In this document: positions 23,411-35,300 of the stretch, piece by piece
Position numbering within the stretch: position 1 is the first letter of the stretch
How the letters are laid out: the number at the start of each line of letters is the position of its first letter
NCBI RefSeq assembly: GCF_037042905.1
Contig: NC_087246.1
Coordinates: 2,296,001 to 2,360,000 of the forward strand
DNA from: Lytechinus pictus
Lineage: Eukaryota
Direction: 5' to 3'
DNA: 64,000 nucleotides
Program-made: the position numbers and the translations under genes
Notes under the pieces: generated by a model
Told to the model about the DNA's origin: nothing
What the model saw: the letters and a program-made list of their open reading frames with translations, nothing else
The model's database searches: none

Positions 23411-26400
23411 GTAAGTTCTGGAATTCTAATTAGTTGATCCTGTTATCTGAGCCTGATATTGACTTAATAACAATTAACTCAATCTACACTACTGTTAACC
23501 AACCTGTTATTCAATAGGGGGCAATCTAACAGTTGGTAAGGTTGAACTTTAACCAATATACTGCTAGTTTGACTGGAATCAACTATAGTGAATATCATCT
23601 TACCCTCTTGTACAATGGGCAATGTTTGAAAAATTATTAGGCCTTGTTGGTTAACCATAAATTATTATTCATTTTGTTAGCTTTATACCAAAGATTGTTA
23701 AAATATAATTATAACCAACTCTGGGTGAATTCAGGCCAGTCTCCGATTCAGGCCTATACTGCTTTCTAATTGTTCTGTCCTATGATCAGAATGATGATTA
23801 TCTCCCTCCCCATGCACTGTCTGCACTATGTTTTACCTAGGTATTGTTTGGTTTAATTATTTATCATTATTATTATTAGTAGTAGTAATAGTAGTTATTA
23901 CTCTATATTATATTTTTTGTGTTATATATATCGATAGGACTGTTCCTCACAACAGTTTTTGCTTTGCCTTGTTTTTTTTTTTTTGTTGTTGCTTGTTTTG
24001 TTAAACAAGTTTTATATTGTGTTTATTGTATTCTCATATAAAAGATATATTATGTCGAAAGTTATCTTCTGTCTAATAAATTGAAACTGAATTTAGGTTT
24101 TTGTGCTGAGATTTGTGTCTGTCATAGGATCGGCGATATAGAGGTTCGTTTTTTTTTTCTTAGGCATGCTCACAGAATTGATATATATAGACCCTAAGTT
24201 ATAAATTAATGATGAATGAAAATCTTATCTTGATATGACTTTCTATACTACTTCAATCTATTAGACTATTTCGCCTTAAAAGTGATCGAGAGCATCCTTT
24301 TATTTTGTTTTACGTACAAAGAAAACAGAATGGAAAGTAAAAAGCTATTAATGTTCCTATAGTTCCCTTTTTAACAATCTAAAATGAAACTGTATCATTT
24401 CTCGATTGTCTATGATTTTAAAAGGGGCTGGTCCCTCTCAAATATCTCGGCGCTGCATGCCCATAATTAATATTGATTATAATTATCGGGTATTTATTTT
24501 TCTCACTTTTCAGAATGTGTAGATGACTATTACAACCCTGGACCCATTACCACAGACATATTAGTAAGGTCATTCTTTTCGGTTGAGTACCAGGAGGCAG
24601 AAGAACATACGTCACAATGTCGTGTTCGTTATCTCGTTCCCTTCAATGCGACCGTGTATCAAGGGATGAGAGCTTCTCACCAGCAGCATGGAGACAACTT
24701 CACGTAAATACCAGATAATTAAAATGTTCTACGATTATTGCTAAGCTTTGTGTTACGGGCTCCCGCCAATATTCGAAACGACGTTAGATGATGAGGGAAG
24801 ATTTTTTGGGGGCCAAATTATTGTGAACAAACTTAAAATGAAAAATGTCTTTCTGTTTAGATTCTAGTCTTCACGAGATTTTTATAATTTTCATCATTAT
24901 TATTTAAATAGGTCTCTTTTTTCTCCTTCTCCTCCTCCTTTTTCTACTTGGTGATGAATAACGCATGGTTCATTCTTATCTTTTATTAATATCTTCAATT
25001 TCTATCTGCAGATATGAATATGACACTTATAGAAATTTGGGACATCACGTGACAACAATCAATGGGGTGAAAGGTCATGACACAACTCACTGGGCCTTGC
25101 ATCACGGAGAGACTTTAGAATCTGCAGAGTGCGGTACTTGAATATCATCAATAGTTAGGAAAAATAAATGAAGTGAACAACTATTAGCATACATAATATG
25201 GCACTAAAAATTGTTTTATCCAAGCAATTTGATATGTAAGAAATACAAAAGTCAATGTCTTGGAAGTGAATTTGATTTTTGATAGATTTGCAACTCAAGA
25301 CAAGATATTGTTTTTCTTCAATGACTAAATGGTTTGATACACCATAGGCCTGTTATCTTTAAATACATTAGTTGAATAACTGCCATTAAGATAAGCATGA
25401 AAAAACTACTCATAATTTATTGCTGTATAGCTTATTTATTATAATTATAGTTCATATCATCATTGTTATCACCATTACTATCATCATTATAATCAACAAT
25501 GTCACCATTGATACTGTCACTATTAACATCCTTGTTACTATTATATAAAAAACAGACCAGTTTTTATACATGTTTTCCCATTTCATTTATAAACTTCAGG
25601 TGTAGACCACTTACACATTGAAAATGAAGACATATATCTTTGGCGCTATACAGACTATGATGATGGAGAATTTGATCCGTTTAATTCAACTGGTAGGTAT
25701 ATCAAATACATTCTGGATTCAAATCTAGGTGTTAACATTTGTTGTGTCATTACTTTCAAGTGCAAAATTTCTGGTAATACTATCTGTGAATTAATAAAAG
25801 CATGTGAGCTGAGAAACTTGGACATTTTTTTTTTTACCAGAGGGGAAGTGAATTACAAACAGCATACTAGTATGTGCTTGTATCATTTTTTTATTTAAGT
25901 GATGATAAATGTACATCAATGTCATTTAAAAAAAATTGTCCAATGGTTGATGAACAACCTGTATATTAAGACACCAACTATAGGTAATGTGACTGTTAAT
26001 GACTATTAAGAACTCACTTCTGAGTATCAAGCATATGAGTGTATCCAATATTTCTGAATAATTTTTATTTTACAAGGAGAGTGTCACACGGTAATTGATG
26101 ACATTATTCCAGCTCTCCCCTTCACCGATGTAGCTGTCTATTTATCTGTTTCAACACAAAACACTGCTTCATTCACTAATGGTTCATTTGTATCAGCGAT
26201 GTGCAAGCGACTTATATTAACAGAGAAAACATCCACATTTTATGATGTCACACTGGCAGCCAATGATCAAGCAATTACATCATTTTTGTAAGTTTTCTTA
26301 ATACCTATCAAACTTAAAAAAAAATATTAAGAAAATAACTAACGCTTAAATCAGTAATATGTGTTGAATAGATAGGATTGCTCTTTAAAAGTATTTAAAA

Positions 26401-27391
26401 AAATCACTATTCAGTTAGGCTGAGAAAGAACATAAATCTTGAATACCAAAGGCCTGAAATATCACAGCAAATGTTCAAAATAATTAAACACTAACATAAT
26501 TTTGGGAAGATGGTTTATCAAAGGGCAGACTACTTAATATAGACAATGTTCACACTTTCTACTTTCCTTAAAGATGTTAATCATGTACATAATTTGAAAG
26601 CATCTTGCAGAAGTATCTCATCAAAGTATTTTTTAATGCACCTATACTTCTCTTTTCTTGATTTTGAGAATCTTTGTCACTTTTCTATTTTTGTTTTCTT
26701 ATTTCAGTACTAAAGTGGATTCTGAGGATTATGGTATAACTGAAGTAAATGGCTTAATCAATCAAGGTGGTTACACTTGGAGAATATTTGAAGTGTTATC
26801 TCAAGATATATTTCCAACAGGTAATGTTCCTTTCTCGAGTGCTATTCCATTCTCACATCTTTCTGTTAGCCCCCCCCCCCCCCATGCACAAACACACAAG
26901 CCACATGCCCTAACACCCCGTCTCTCTTCTTGTTGGTGTATGAATGGAGTAATTGGTTGTTTATTTTTTTACATCTTGTCTCATTGAGTCAGTTTAATAA
27001 TTAGTGACGTGAAGACAGATCTCTCATTTGAAGTGATGTACATGCATAATGCCAAGTCTGCCATAAGGAAACATACCTCCCTTTCAAATTCCATTTTGTA
27101 CAATGGATATAAATTTGCTTCATATACATGTATACATTAAATGTTTATCCCGACCAAATAAATTGATGCAACATGCATGAATGATCATTTTTCTTCTTTT
27201 CTTCAGATTTAACACGGACTACGATCCAAGATGGTGGTCACTATGAATACAGATTCACAGAAGATGATCTATATGCAACTCAACCATATGATGTCACAAC
27301 TGAATCTAAATCTGAAAGGATGAAATTCAACCTTCATTACATCATTGCACTAATAACAATTATTATGACAATAGCAATAATAGATATCTAG
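23317..27391 (+). CDS. Secreted, probably GPI-anchored protein with two tandem transcobalamin C-terminal (beta / DUF4430-like) domains, 7 exons, 335 aa
   Basis: join(23317-23410, 24514-24703, 25012-25133, 25600-25692, 26077-26287, 26708-26820, 27207-27391) = 1008 nt open frame, all GT-AG. Hydrophobic N-terminal signal. Domain 1 TVYQGM..FTYEY..LGHHVTTINGV...HW...CGVDHLHIENEDIYLWRY matches the TCN beta-domain pattern; domain 2 has TFYDV...GITEVNGL...W...IQDGGHYEYRF. Hydrophobic C-terminal tail. Confidence 0.8.
24514..24703 (+). CDS. TCN-beta-like gene exon 2
   Basis: ECVDDYYNPG...VPFNATVYQGMRASHQQHGDNF; phase 1-2. Confidence 0.8.
25012..25133 (+). CDS. TCN-beta-like gene exon 3
   Basis: TYEYDTYRNLGHHVTTINGVKGHDTTHWALHHGETLESAEC; phase 2-1. 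Confidence 0.85.
25600..25692 (+). CDS. TCN-beta-like gene exon 4
   Basis: GVDHLHIENEDIYLWRYTDYDDGEFDPFNST; phase 1-1. Confidence 0.83.
26077..26287 (+). CDS. TCN-beta-like gene exon 5
   Basis: GECHTVIDDII...STFYDVTLAANDQAITSF; phase 1-2. Confidence 0.78.
26708..26820 (+). CDS. TCN-beta-like gene exon 6
   Basis: FTKVDSEDYGITEVNGLINQGGYTWRIFEVLSQDIFPT; phase 2-1. Confidence 0.82.
27207..27391 (+). CDS. TCN-beta-like gene exon 7 (GPI-signal-like tail)
   Basis: DLTRTTIQDGGHYEYRFT...ESKSERMKFNLHYIIALITIIMTIAIIDI stop. Confidence 0.8.
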
Positions 27392-29112
27392 GAAATATTT
27401 TGGGGTTTCATTCATATTGTTTAAAATGTTCACAATCATTCTATTTTTCAGCAGATGAAAATGATTTTATTTGAGGCATACAGGACCTCTCTTTTTGAAG
27501 ATAATGAATAATCTCCAAATGTTGTTGAACAAATACGGTTTAACTCTGTTAGAATTCTACTAATGGGAATATGGAGTATTCCTTGGACAATCTGCCAAAT
27601 AACAGATACAGGTCTTGTATGCAATCAATCAAGAATTAGATAAAAGACAACAAATCTCACAATTGATATGAATTTAATATATTTTATTTTCACTAATTTT
27701 TAGACAAATTTGATTAAATGATCATATGCTTTGCTTCTCAGTACCTGTCTGTACAAAAACATAAATATTACTGGTCTTAAAAACATACACATTTCAATAA
27801 ATATTATCTATACAGTGTACAGTGTATATACTTACATGGTAAGATATGACAAGTATTCAAGCAATAACCAGAGACTTGGTTAGCATTAAATGTTTCTCAC
27901 TTCCAGGCAAAGTCATTGTATTTGGTCATTTGATGTCAAATGTATGAAAAGCATATCTGGGAACAGCAATTTATGTGATTTGCCATAATTGGGGGGGGGG
28001 GGGGGGGACCCTCCTGCCATTATTTGACCAATTATAATAACAATAAGGGTAACAATGGAATTTTAATAACACACATTATACAATAATAAGGAACAATAGA
28101 ATTGCACAAAAATGACTCCACAGCAAAAATATTTCTTAGTCTATACAATCACATAATTATAATCATTTGAACAAATTATCTTAATAAGAATCCAAAGGAA
28201 AACATCTTATATACATTCATTAGATGCCTCTTTATGCTTGATGTATATTCATTATGGTATACACACACAAAAGCTACCCACCATCGTATGAATTGATAAT
28301 TTTCAAATACAAATACATGAAAAGCAAAGTATGCTGCGTAGGTTTAACATAATGTTTATACTCTAAGAATTGATCGAATCTTTTGACATCTACAGGTTGC
28401 AAAAAAAAAAAAAGTTTCCTAGACCATGTTTACTATTCAAATACTTCATGTAGACTTATAAGAACAGTTAATATATTACCCTTTCAAATGATAGTGCATA
28501 CGTTCCTACTTCATAACTTTTCTAAAGGCATGACAATTATTGTGACACAGAGCAGAATTTCTCTTTTGACCTATACATTCAAATTTCTAATTCAATTCCT
28601 ATTGCTAAAGGTGAAAAAGATAATTAGCAAAATTTGCACTCTTCTTACAAAACCCTATGGAAGCATATATATTGATTGATAGATACCTAAAAAGCAGATT
28701 TATCCTATCAACTTTACGAGAATTCCATCGTCATGTAAACATTATCAGAGAAGAAATAGCAAATTTTAACAGTTTCCTTACCATAAAAACATTGTTAATT
28801 TATGAAATAAAAGAATGAGTTATCATTATACTGCCTTTAAGCAGATTGTTGAAAAATGTAGGTATCCCCTAATCCCTTTGGCATTACAAGATTATATGTT
28901 ATGCTTACTTCGCTGGAAGGAGTGAATTAAAACTTCAGAGGTTGCATCTAAAAAACTTGGAATGTATGTACATGAGCATTATTCCATCTATGCCTTGATG
29001 ATAACTGTGTTGTAATGTACAAATGAAAATTATACAATTTTAACATAAAGTACCAGGCATTAACTTGATGATAACAAAAGAGCCATGTTGCACTTTGTGC
29101 TTGTTCTGTTAA

Positions 29113-29585
29113 AGGGGAAGTTCACCCTGACAAAAATTTGATTGTAAAAATAGCAGAAAAATAATTGAAAATATTGACAAATGTTTGAGAGAAATTCATA
29201 AAAATATAAAATAGTTATTAAAATTTCAATTATTTGATTTGTGGTGTCATATGCGAGCAGCTTTCCTACATATCGAATAGTAAAAAATCTATGAATTGTC
29301 ATTTTCTCAGAAAATTGAAAATGGTTTTTATTGTACCTTCAGTTTATCAATAGACAAATGATTTCACACCCGTTCCTAATACGAAAACAAAAATAAATTA
29401 TTACAAACCATTAAAAAAATGAAATTTATGCATTTTAAATTACATAACATATGGGGCAGCTGCTCGTTTATGACATCACAAATTCAAAACTTAAAATTCT
29501 GATAACTTTCTTCATATTTAATGGATTTTCCTCAATCTTCACCAATATTTTTACACCAAACTTTTCTTCAGGGTGAATTTCCCCT
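29113..29585. mobile_element. TTAA-flanked MITE (Kolobok-like)
   Basis: TTAA-AGGGGAAGTTCACCCTGA ... TCAGGGTGAATTTCCCCT-CTAA. Confidence 0.75.
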
Positions 29586-29766
29586 CTAAAGTGTACTATT
29601 TCTACATAATTATCTACCAACCCTGTACCCGAAAGTGTGAGAGATAGGAGCTGCAAAAAAGGATATTGAAGTTTCCTATACATAGGTACAGACAAATTTT
29701 CACAAAAATAGGTGAGTGACTGAAAATGGCTTTCTCTTTCACCAATAAATCAGGACCATCCCTTAA

Positions 29767-31293
29767 CCCTATAGCACCTGAACCGCCCGAGACCGCCCTT
29801 CCTATTACACACTGAACCGCCCTTAACCGCCCGTACGTTTTCTTTGCGCTATAGTATCTCTTGTCTATGATTTACCGTGGTAATATTGCGTGTGCATACC
29901 GTATAGGTTGGCTGCTATATAGATCTGCATAGAAAAGTGTATGCTCCTATTGAGTATAATATAGAACAAGTGGAATGCCTCTGGCCGTCTCACCTGCATC
30001 ACGCGATTCAATATAGCAGCAGTGCTGATTTTGAAAACTACTATAACTCGCACAAGATGTTCAGTGATACTTGGTTACTCTTATTTCCACGTTTTATGAA
30101 CTAGACCAATACACTTATAGAGATATGATGGCAATTCAACAAATACCCCCAACGTGGCCAAAGTTCTTTGACCTTACATGACCTTTGACCTTGATCATGT
30201 GACCTGAAACTCGCACAGGATGTTCAGTGATACTTGATTACTATTATGTCCAAGTTTTATAAACTAGACCAACACACTTTCAAATTTATGGCTGTAATTC
30301 AACAGATACCCCCAATTCGGCCAAAGTTCATTGACCCTAAATGACCTTTGACCTTGGTCATGTGATGTGAAACTCATGCAGGATGTTCAGTGATACTTGA
30401 TTAACCTTATGTATAAGTTTCATGAACTAGGTCCATATATTTTCTAAGTTATGATGACATTTCAAAAACTTAACCTTAGTTTAAGATTTTGATATTGATT
30501 CCCCCAACATGGTCTAAGTTCATTGACCCTAAATGACCTTTGACCTTGGTCATGTGACATGAAACTCAGGCAGGATGTTCAGTAATACTTGATTAACCTT
30601 ATGGCCAAGTTTCATGAACTAGGTCCATATACTTTCTAAGTTATGCTGTCATTTCAAAAACTTAACCTCAGGTTAAGATTTGGTGTTGACGCCGCCGTCG
30701 CCGTCGGAAAAGCGGCGCCTATAGTCTCACTCTGCTATGCAGGTGAGACAAAAACCGATTGACATGCATCGGTGTGTAGCAAGTTCCAGACTGTTGCGCA
30801 GTCGATCTCAGCAAAGATGGCTGCGTCCATGTCTCGGAAAACCACTTACTTCGCCGAAGAAGCTCGGGCGTTGCTATATGTTCATCAAAACGTTGGATAT
30901 CACACAGAGTGACATCTAGATGTGAGTTGGAATTAATTTTTGACATATTTGATCCAAGATTTGGCGAAAACTTTAGTATTCTGTCAGTGATACTTTACAT
31001 TTTTCTGAAGGCGTGGGACTGGGGCGGCTGAAACCCGAACTTTTGTTTTTTTTCTTCTCGCTCTGCAAACGATTGTCAAAGGTCAATATTCGTACATCTG
31101 ATTGAACTTTGCCATGTACCATTCTATTCAACAGGTCCTATGCTACAAAATAAATATAACTTGTAATGAACAAAAGTAAATTTATAAAAAACTATTTCAA
31201 TTTGTCTGGAACAATGCCTACTTATTACCAGTTTTATTGTTTCCTCCAGTGAGTAATTGCCATTATGCATAGGAATCTGTAGGTGCTATAGGG
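29767..31293. mobile_element. Non-autonomous piggyBac element
   Basis: TTAA-CCCTATAGCACCT ... AGGTGCTATAGGG-TTAA (TTAA TSD, CCC/GGG ends). Confidence 0.85.
29965..30753. mobile_element. Helentron-like (HINE) repeat nested in the piggyBac element
   Basis: AACAAG start, GTCTCACCTGCAT / ATGCAGGTGAGAC subterminal inverted motif, 3' hairpin, three internal units of about 160-190 bp. Confidence 0.75.
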
Positions 31294-32316
31294 TTAAATA
31301 GGTAGTCAGCAGTCATGTTTATAATAATACCACCTCTTAGCATTTGAATTTGAGCTCCTAAATGTTTGGAATGAATGCATTTTGGTTCAGAAAGGTTGTA
31401 ACTATATCAAACGTGAAATGGGGGCAGACAGGAATTGAGGTGTCATTCAGTTTTATATGAAATAAATGCAAGTTGATCTAATCAAATATAATACATTAAC
31501 TCCTTTGTTATGCCTTAATACTTCCATGTTGTACCTAATTACCACTTTTGTACAGTAAATGAAACATACAATGCCTATATGTTAAGTAGATTAGATATAC
31601 AATATGAAGATGTTGGAACGTTATATAACATTATATTCAAATAATAATGTGAAAAGAATGATGTGCAGGAATGGAAAATATTTACACAAGCACCTAGTTA
31701 CACATTGTTATTCTTTTTTTCTACAATAGCCAACAGTAAAATCCTTTTATATTTTGTTAAACTTTAAATAAAGTTTTGTATTTTGTAATAAATATATCTC
31801 ATGTTACAAGGAGAGTCTACACTTTTTAAAGAATTAAAATTGAATTCATATGGGTAGATATGCATTCACTTGTAAAAAACATATTTCAATAAATAAGTTA
31901 TTAATAAAAGATTATAAATCTATGTGGGCTTAATCACATATGCTATCTAACACAAGCAAAATTAAGCAAGTTCAATTATAAGTGAATACTATAAGAACAC
32001 AATGTTTATCGACTTATCAACAATGCCAAATAATTGCTTGTACAATAAACAAATTTTGCCCATATTCCTCATGAAATTTGTTTATACATAAATTTTTATT
32101 TGAATGTGGACTTTGGAGCACCCCACAAGCAAGTATTTTATCTGTTCTAAAGAATAAGACTTTATAGCCCATTCACCTCTGTGTGAATGTGTCACTATCA
32201 TGTATGGAATAAATGTGCATTGTTGTATGGAGCCTCTTGATGACAGATAACACTCAAGAGATTAGAGATTATACATACATCTATTGCACTTGTTATCTTG
32301 TATCCTACCAACTTCT

Positions 32317-32368
32317 CTAATAAGGAATCTCATTCTGGATGTATTGGATCATGTCATATGTTCTGGTC
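32317..32368 (-). CDS. PI4KA: PI4KA last coding exon
   Basis: [16 protein letters not shown] then TAG. Confidence 0.95.
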
Positions 32369-35300
32369 CTGCAAGTTGAAGAAATCAAATATACACAGAA
32401 GAGAGAAAGTTAAACATAGATAGACACACATAAAACAGGTCAGAGAAAGAGAGAGAGATAAAAGGAGATAACAAGACCTCACAAGGGGGGGGGGGGAGGG
32501 AAGATAGTGCAGGAGGGTGGATTGTGTGGATTTAAGGAATGAAATAGAAATACAGTAATGCAGACAAAATGAGAGAGAAGAAGGTTAAGAAAAAGATATG
32601 GGAGGTACAAAAGTGTGAAAGGATGCAATAAAAAGGGGAGTGATGGATGTATAAAAACAAGTGAAAGAGCAAGAAAGTGAGATATTTTTCAAGCAGGAAT
32701 AAGAAATGGGGGAAACCATGAGGGGGGAAATGAAAAAAGATGGAGTAGAAAGCAAATAAAAACAATATAAATTGTAATATAACTGACCAGTACATTTTAA
32801 TCCACTTTAGTACTTTTAACATAATTAATTTTAAACCATGTTCTGTACCCTGAAAAAACTACTGTAAAATAAATTAATATTAATGTTCAATTCTTAAAGA
32901 GTGGGTAATGTGGACGCAAAGTAAATGTAACACAAAATTAATTTCATGACAACAAATTCTGAATAGTACTCTCAATCTGATCTAATATGTCAATATAGAA
33001 TATCATTTCTTTTTCAATTATTTTTGGAAACTGGGAGGTGTTCATAAATAGGTTGCAAATTACTCATTACTTTATGAATGACTGGTGACTTAATCTTGTG
33101 CTGAATAATTTAACCCCTCCCCCACCCAATTCATACTTTTTTAGTACAGTACGAATTAATTTCTTATAATATAACCCTAACCAAATTTTGACAAAGTATA
33201 ACATTTTGCTTTCAAATGATTATTAAGAACAAGAATTTCATTCTGCAAGATTTTGAATAGCAGATTGAAATCGAAATGATGGAAAATCTGATTTGAAACC
33301 AAAGCTCAGATTACCAGTCTAGACATAATATTATGTTATAGCAATACATACAATACAATCAAACATCATTTAACCACATTTAAAAAATCAATCAGAATAC
33401 ATTCATGAGTAAAATGAGAGAATATACATACCTGACATTCTGGCAACACTTTTCAATGATGCCTACCATGTAGATAGCAGCTTCTCTCTCTGTCTGGTTG
33501 GGACTGAAACGAGTCCTGTTACATTATGATAATAGAGGAAACATAATCATTATTTATCAACAGGTATACCATGTTCATGAACTGTAGAATTGTATGTAGG
33601 GTGCAGAGAGCAATTTTTTTATTGTTTTTGAACTCAACATTTGTTTATCATTTATTATCATTAAGACTAATATGAATTAGCAGTACCATAATTTTAGATG
33701 ATGACATAAAGCATTATACAAATCACATTTCATAATTACATGCATTAGTGAATAGGGAAACAAGTATGAACAGTGATTGTTTTAGTATCAAAATAGATTT
33801 TAAAAAATGAATCAAGAAGTGAATCAGTTTGCATCTAGCTGCAGCACTAATATCCTCTAGTGTGACATGAATGTACATTTGCTAAATTTCCTTACAGGTG
33901 TTTGTTGGTATAACCAGAAAACATTCTAGTGACTGATATTGTTGCCTCAATGTGATATGTCTGCCTCATCTATATCCATTATTACCTGAGTAATTTAAGT
34001 GTTTTTCCCTTGAAGCAAGGTAATCCAGTATCCAGCATCAGAGCCACTAGAGAAACAATGGCTTCTTGGTAAGGTCTAGGAACAAACAAACAACATACAT
34101 CCATAATCAGAAAATTGCAGTGTGTCCAATATGTAATGCAGTTTATCTGTCATTCCATTTCTCACTATTTTTTTTAATGACACTTCACTGTAAACAATTT
34201 AAAATAAGGTAATATATTGAAGTTGATATTCATATTTTCAAAACTATTTCTCCATATTAAGCACTTTCATATTTGTTAGTCTACTGATGACTAACATCAA
34301 GCTGCTTGGAAAAGAGTCCTCTTTACAGTCCTTTTAAACAGCCCTTTCATGTCTAACCTCCGAATAGAATTTATAGATAGAAAGCAGTATATAAATGCCT
34401 ATTATAATTATTACATTATGTTTTCAATTTCAAACCTCCACTTTACCCCAAAATTTATGCAAACTTTCAAAGGTCATCTCATCATAAGTTATTGGGACCT
34501 GCATGATATACTCTTGCAGACTTCATAGTGGGTTCGGCTTTCAATTTATTGGGAACAAAGACAGATTGGTTAAATCATACCTGACAGCTAAGTAGGCCTG
34601 TACACACAGTTCTTCAAACTTCTTGAATGGAGCTGCATTCACATTGCCTCCCATGATCATGAGCATTTCATCAGTGAGTTTAATATCTGGCTCCCAGCCA
34701 AGGTTACCTCCAGGTGAGCTCTCAAACATAAAACCAAAATCTGTCAGGACAAAATAGATGAATGATTTTTAAAATAACAACAATAATAATAATATATTGT
34801 ATCTAAACATGTATAGTGCTTAATACATGATGTGTCTTTCAGTAATGCTCATACTGCTCCTCAATCTCCCAGACAATAGGTCACATGGCCTCCTGAACTA
34901 ACCACCCCCCCCCCCCACTCTCCCTGCAGAGAATTTCTTGCCTGGTCACAGTTACAATGCACAAATATTAATACTTCATGATGTTGTTTTTGTTTCCTTT
35001 TGAATTTTCAGTTCCTACAAGAATGACCCTTTTACGTCTTTGGAAGATCATATTAATCCTGTTTACAATATGGATGTAGGAAAAACAAACAAACTAAGAA
35101 ACAAACAAGAGAGGAGAGACTTTCTAAAAGGAAGATAAAGGAACACAGTGGAACAGTGGGAGAGAATGAGAAATGTGGAAAGAATTCAGGGGATCAGTTA
35201 TTCATCAAGATAGACACACTAAGAATTGGGAGAAACACCATTGCTGTATTGTCACTTAGAATTGAAAAAAAAAAAGAAGTTCGAGGAACCGTCCCACAAA

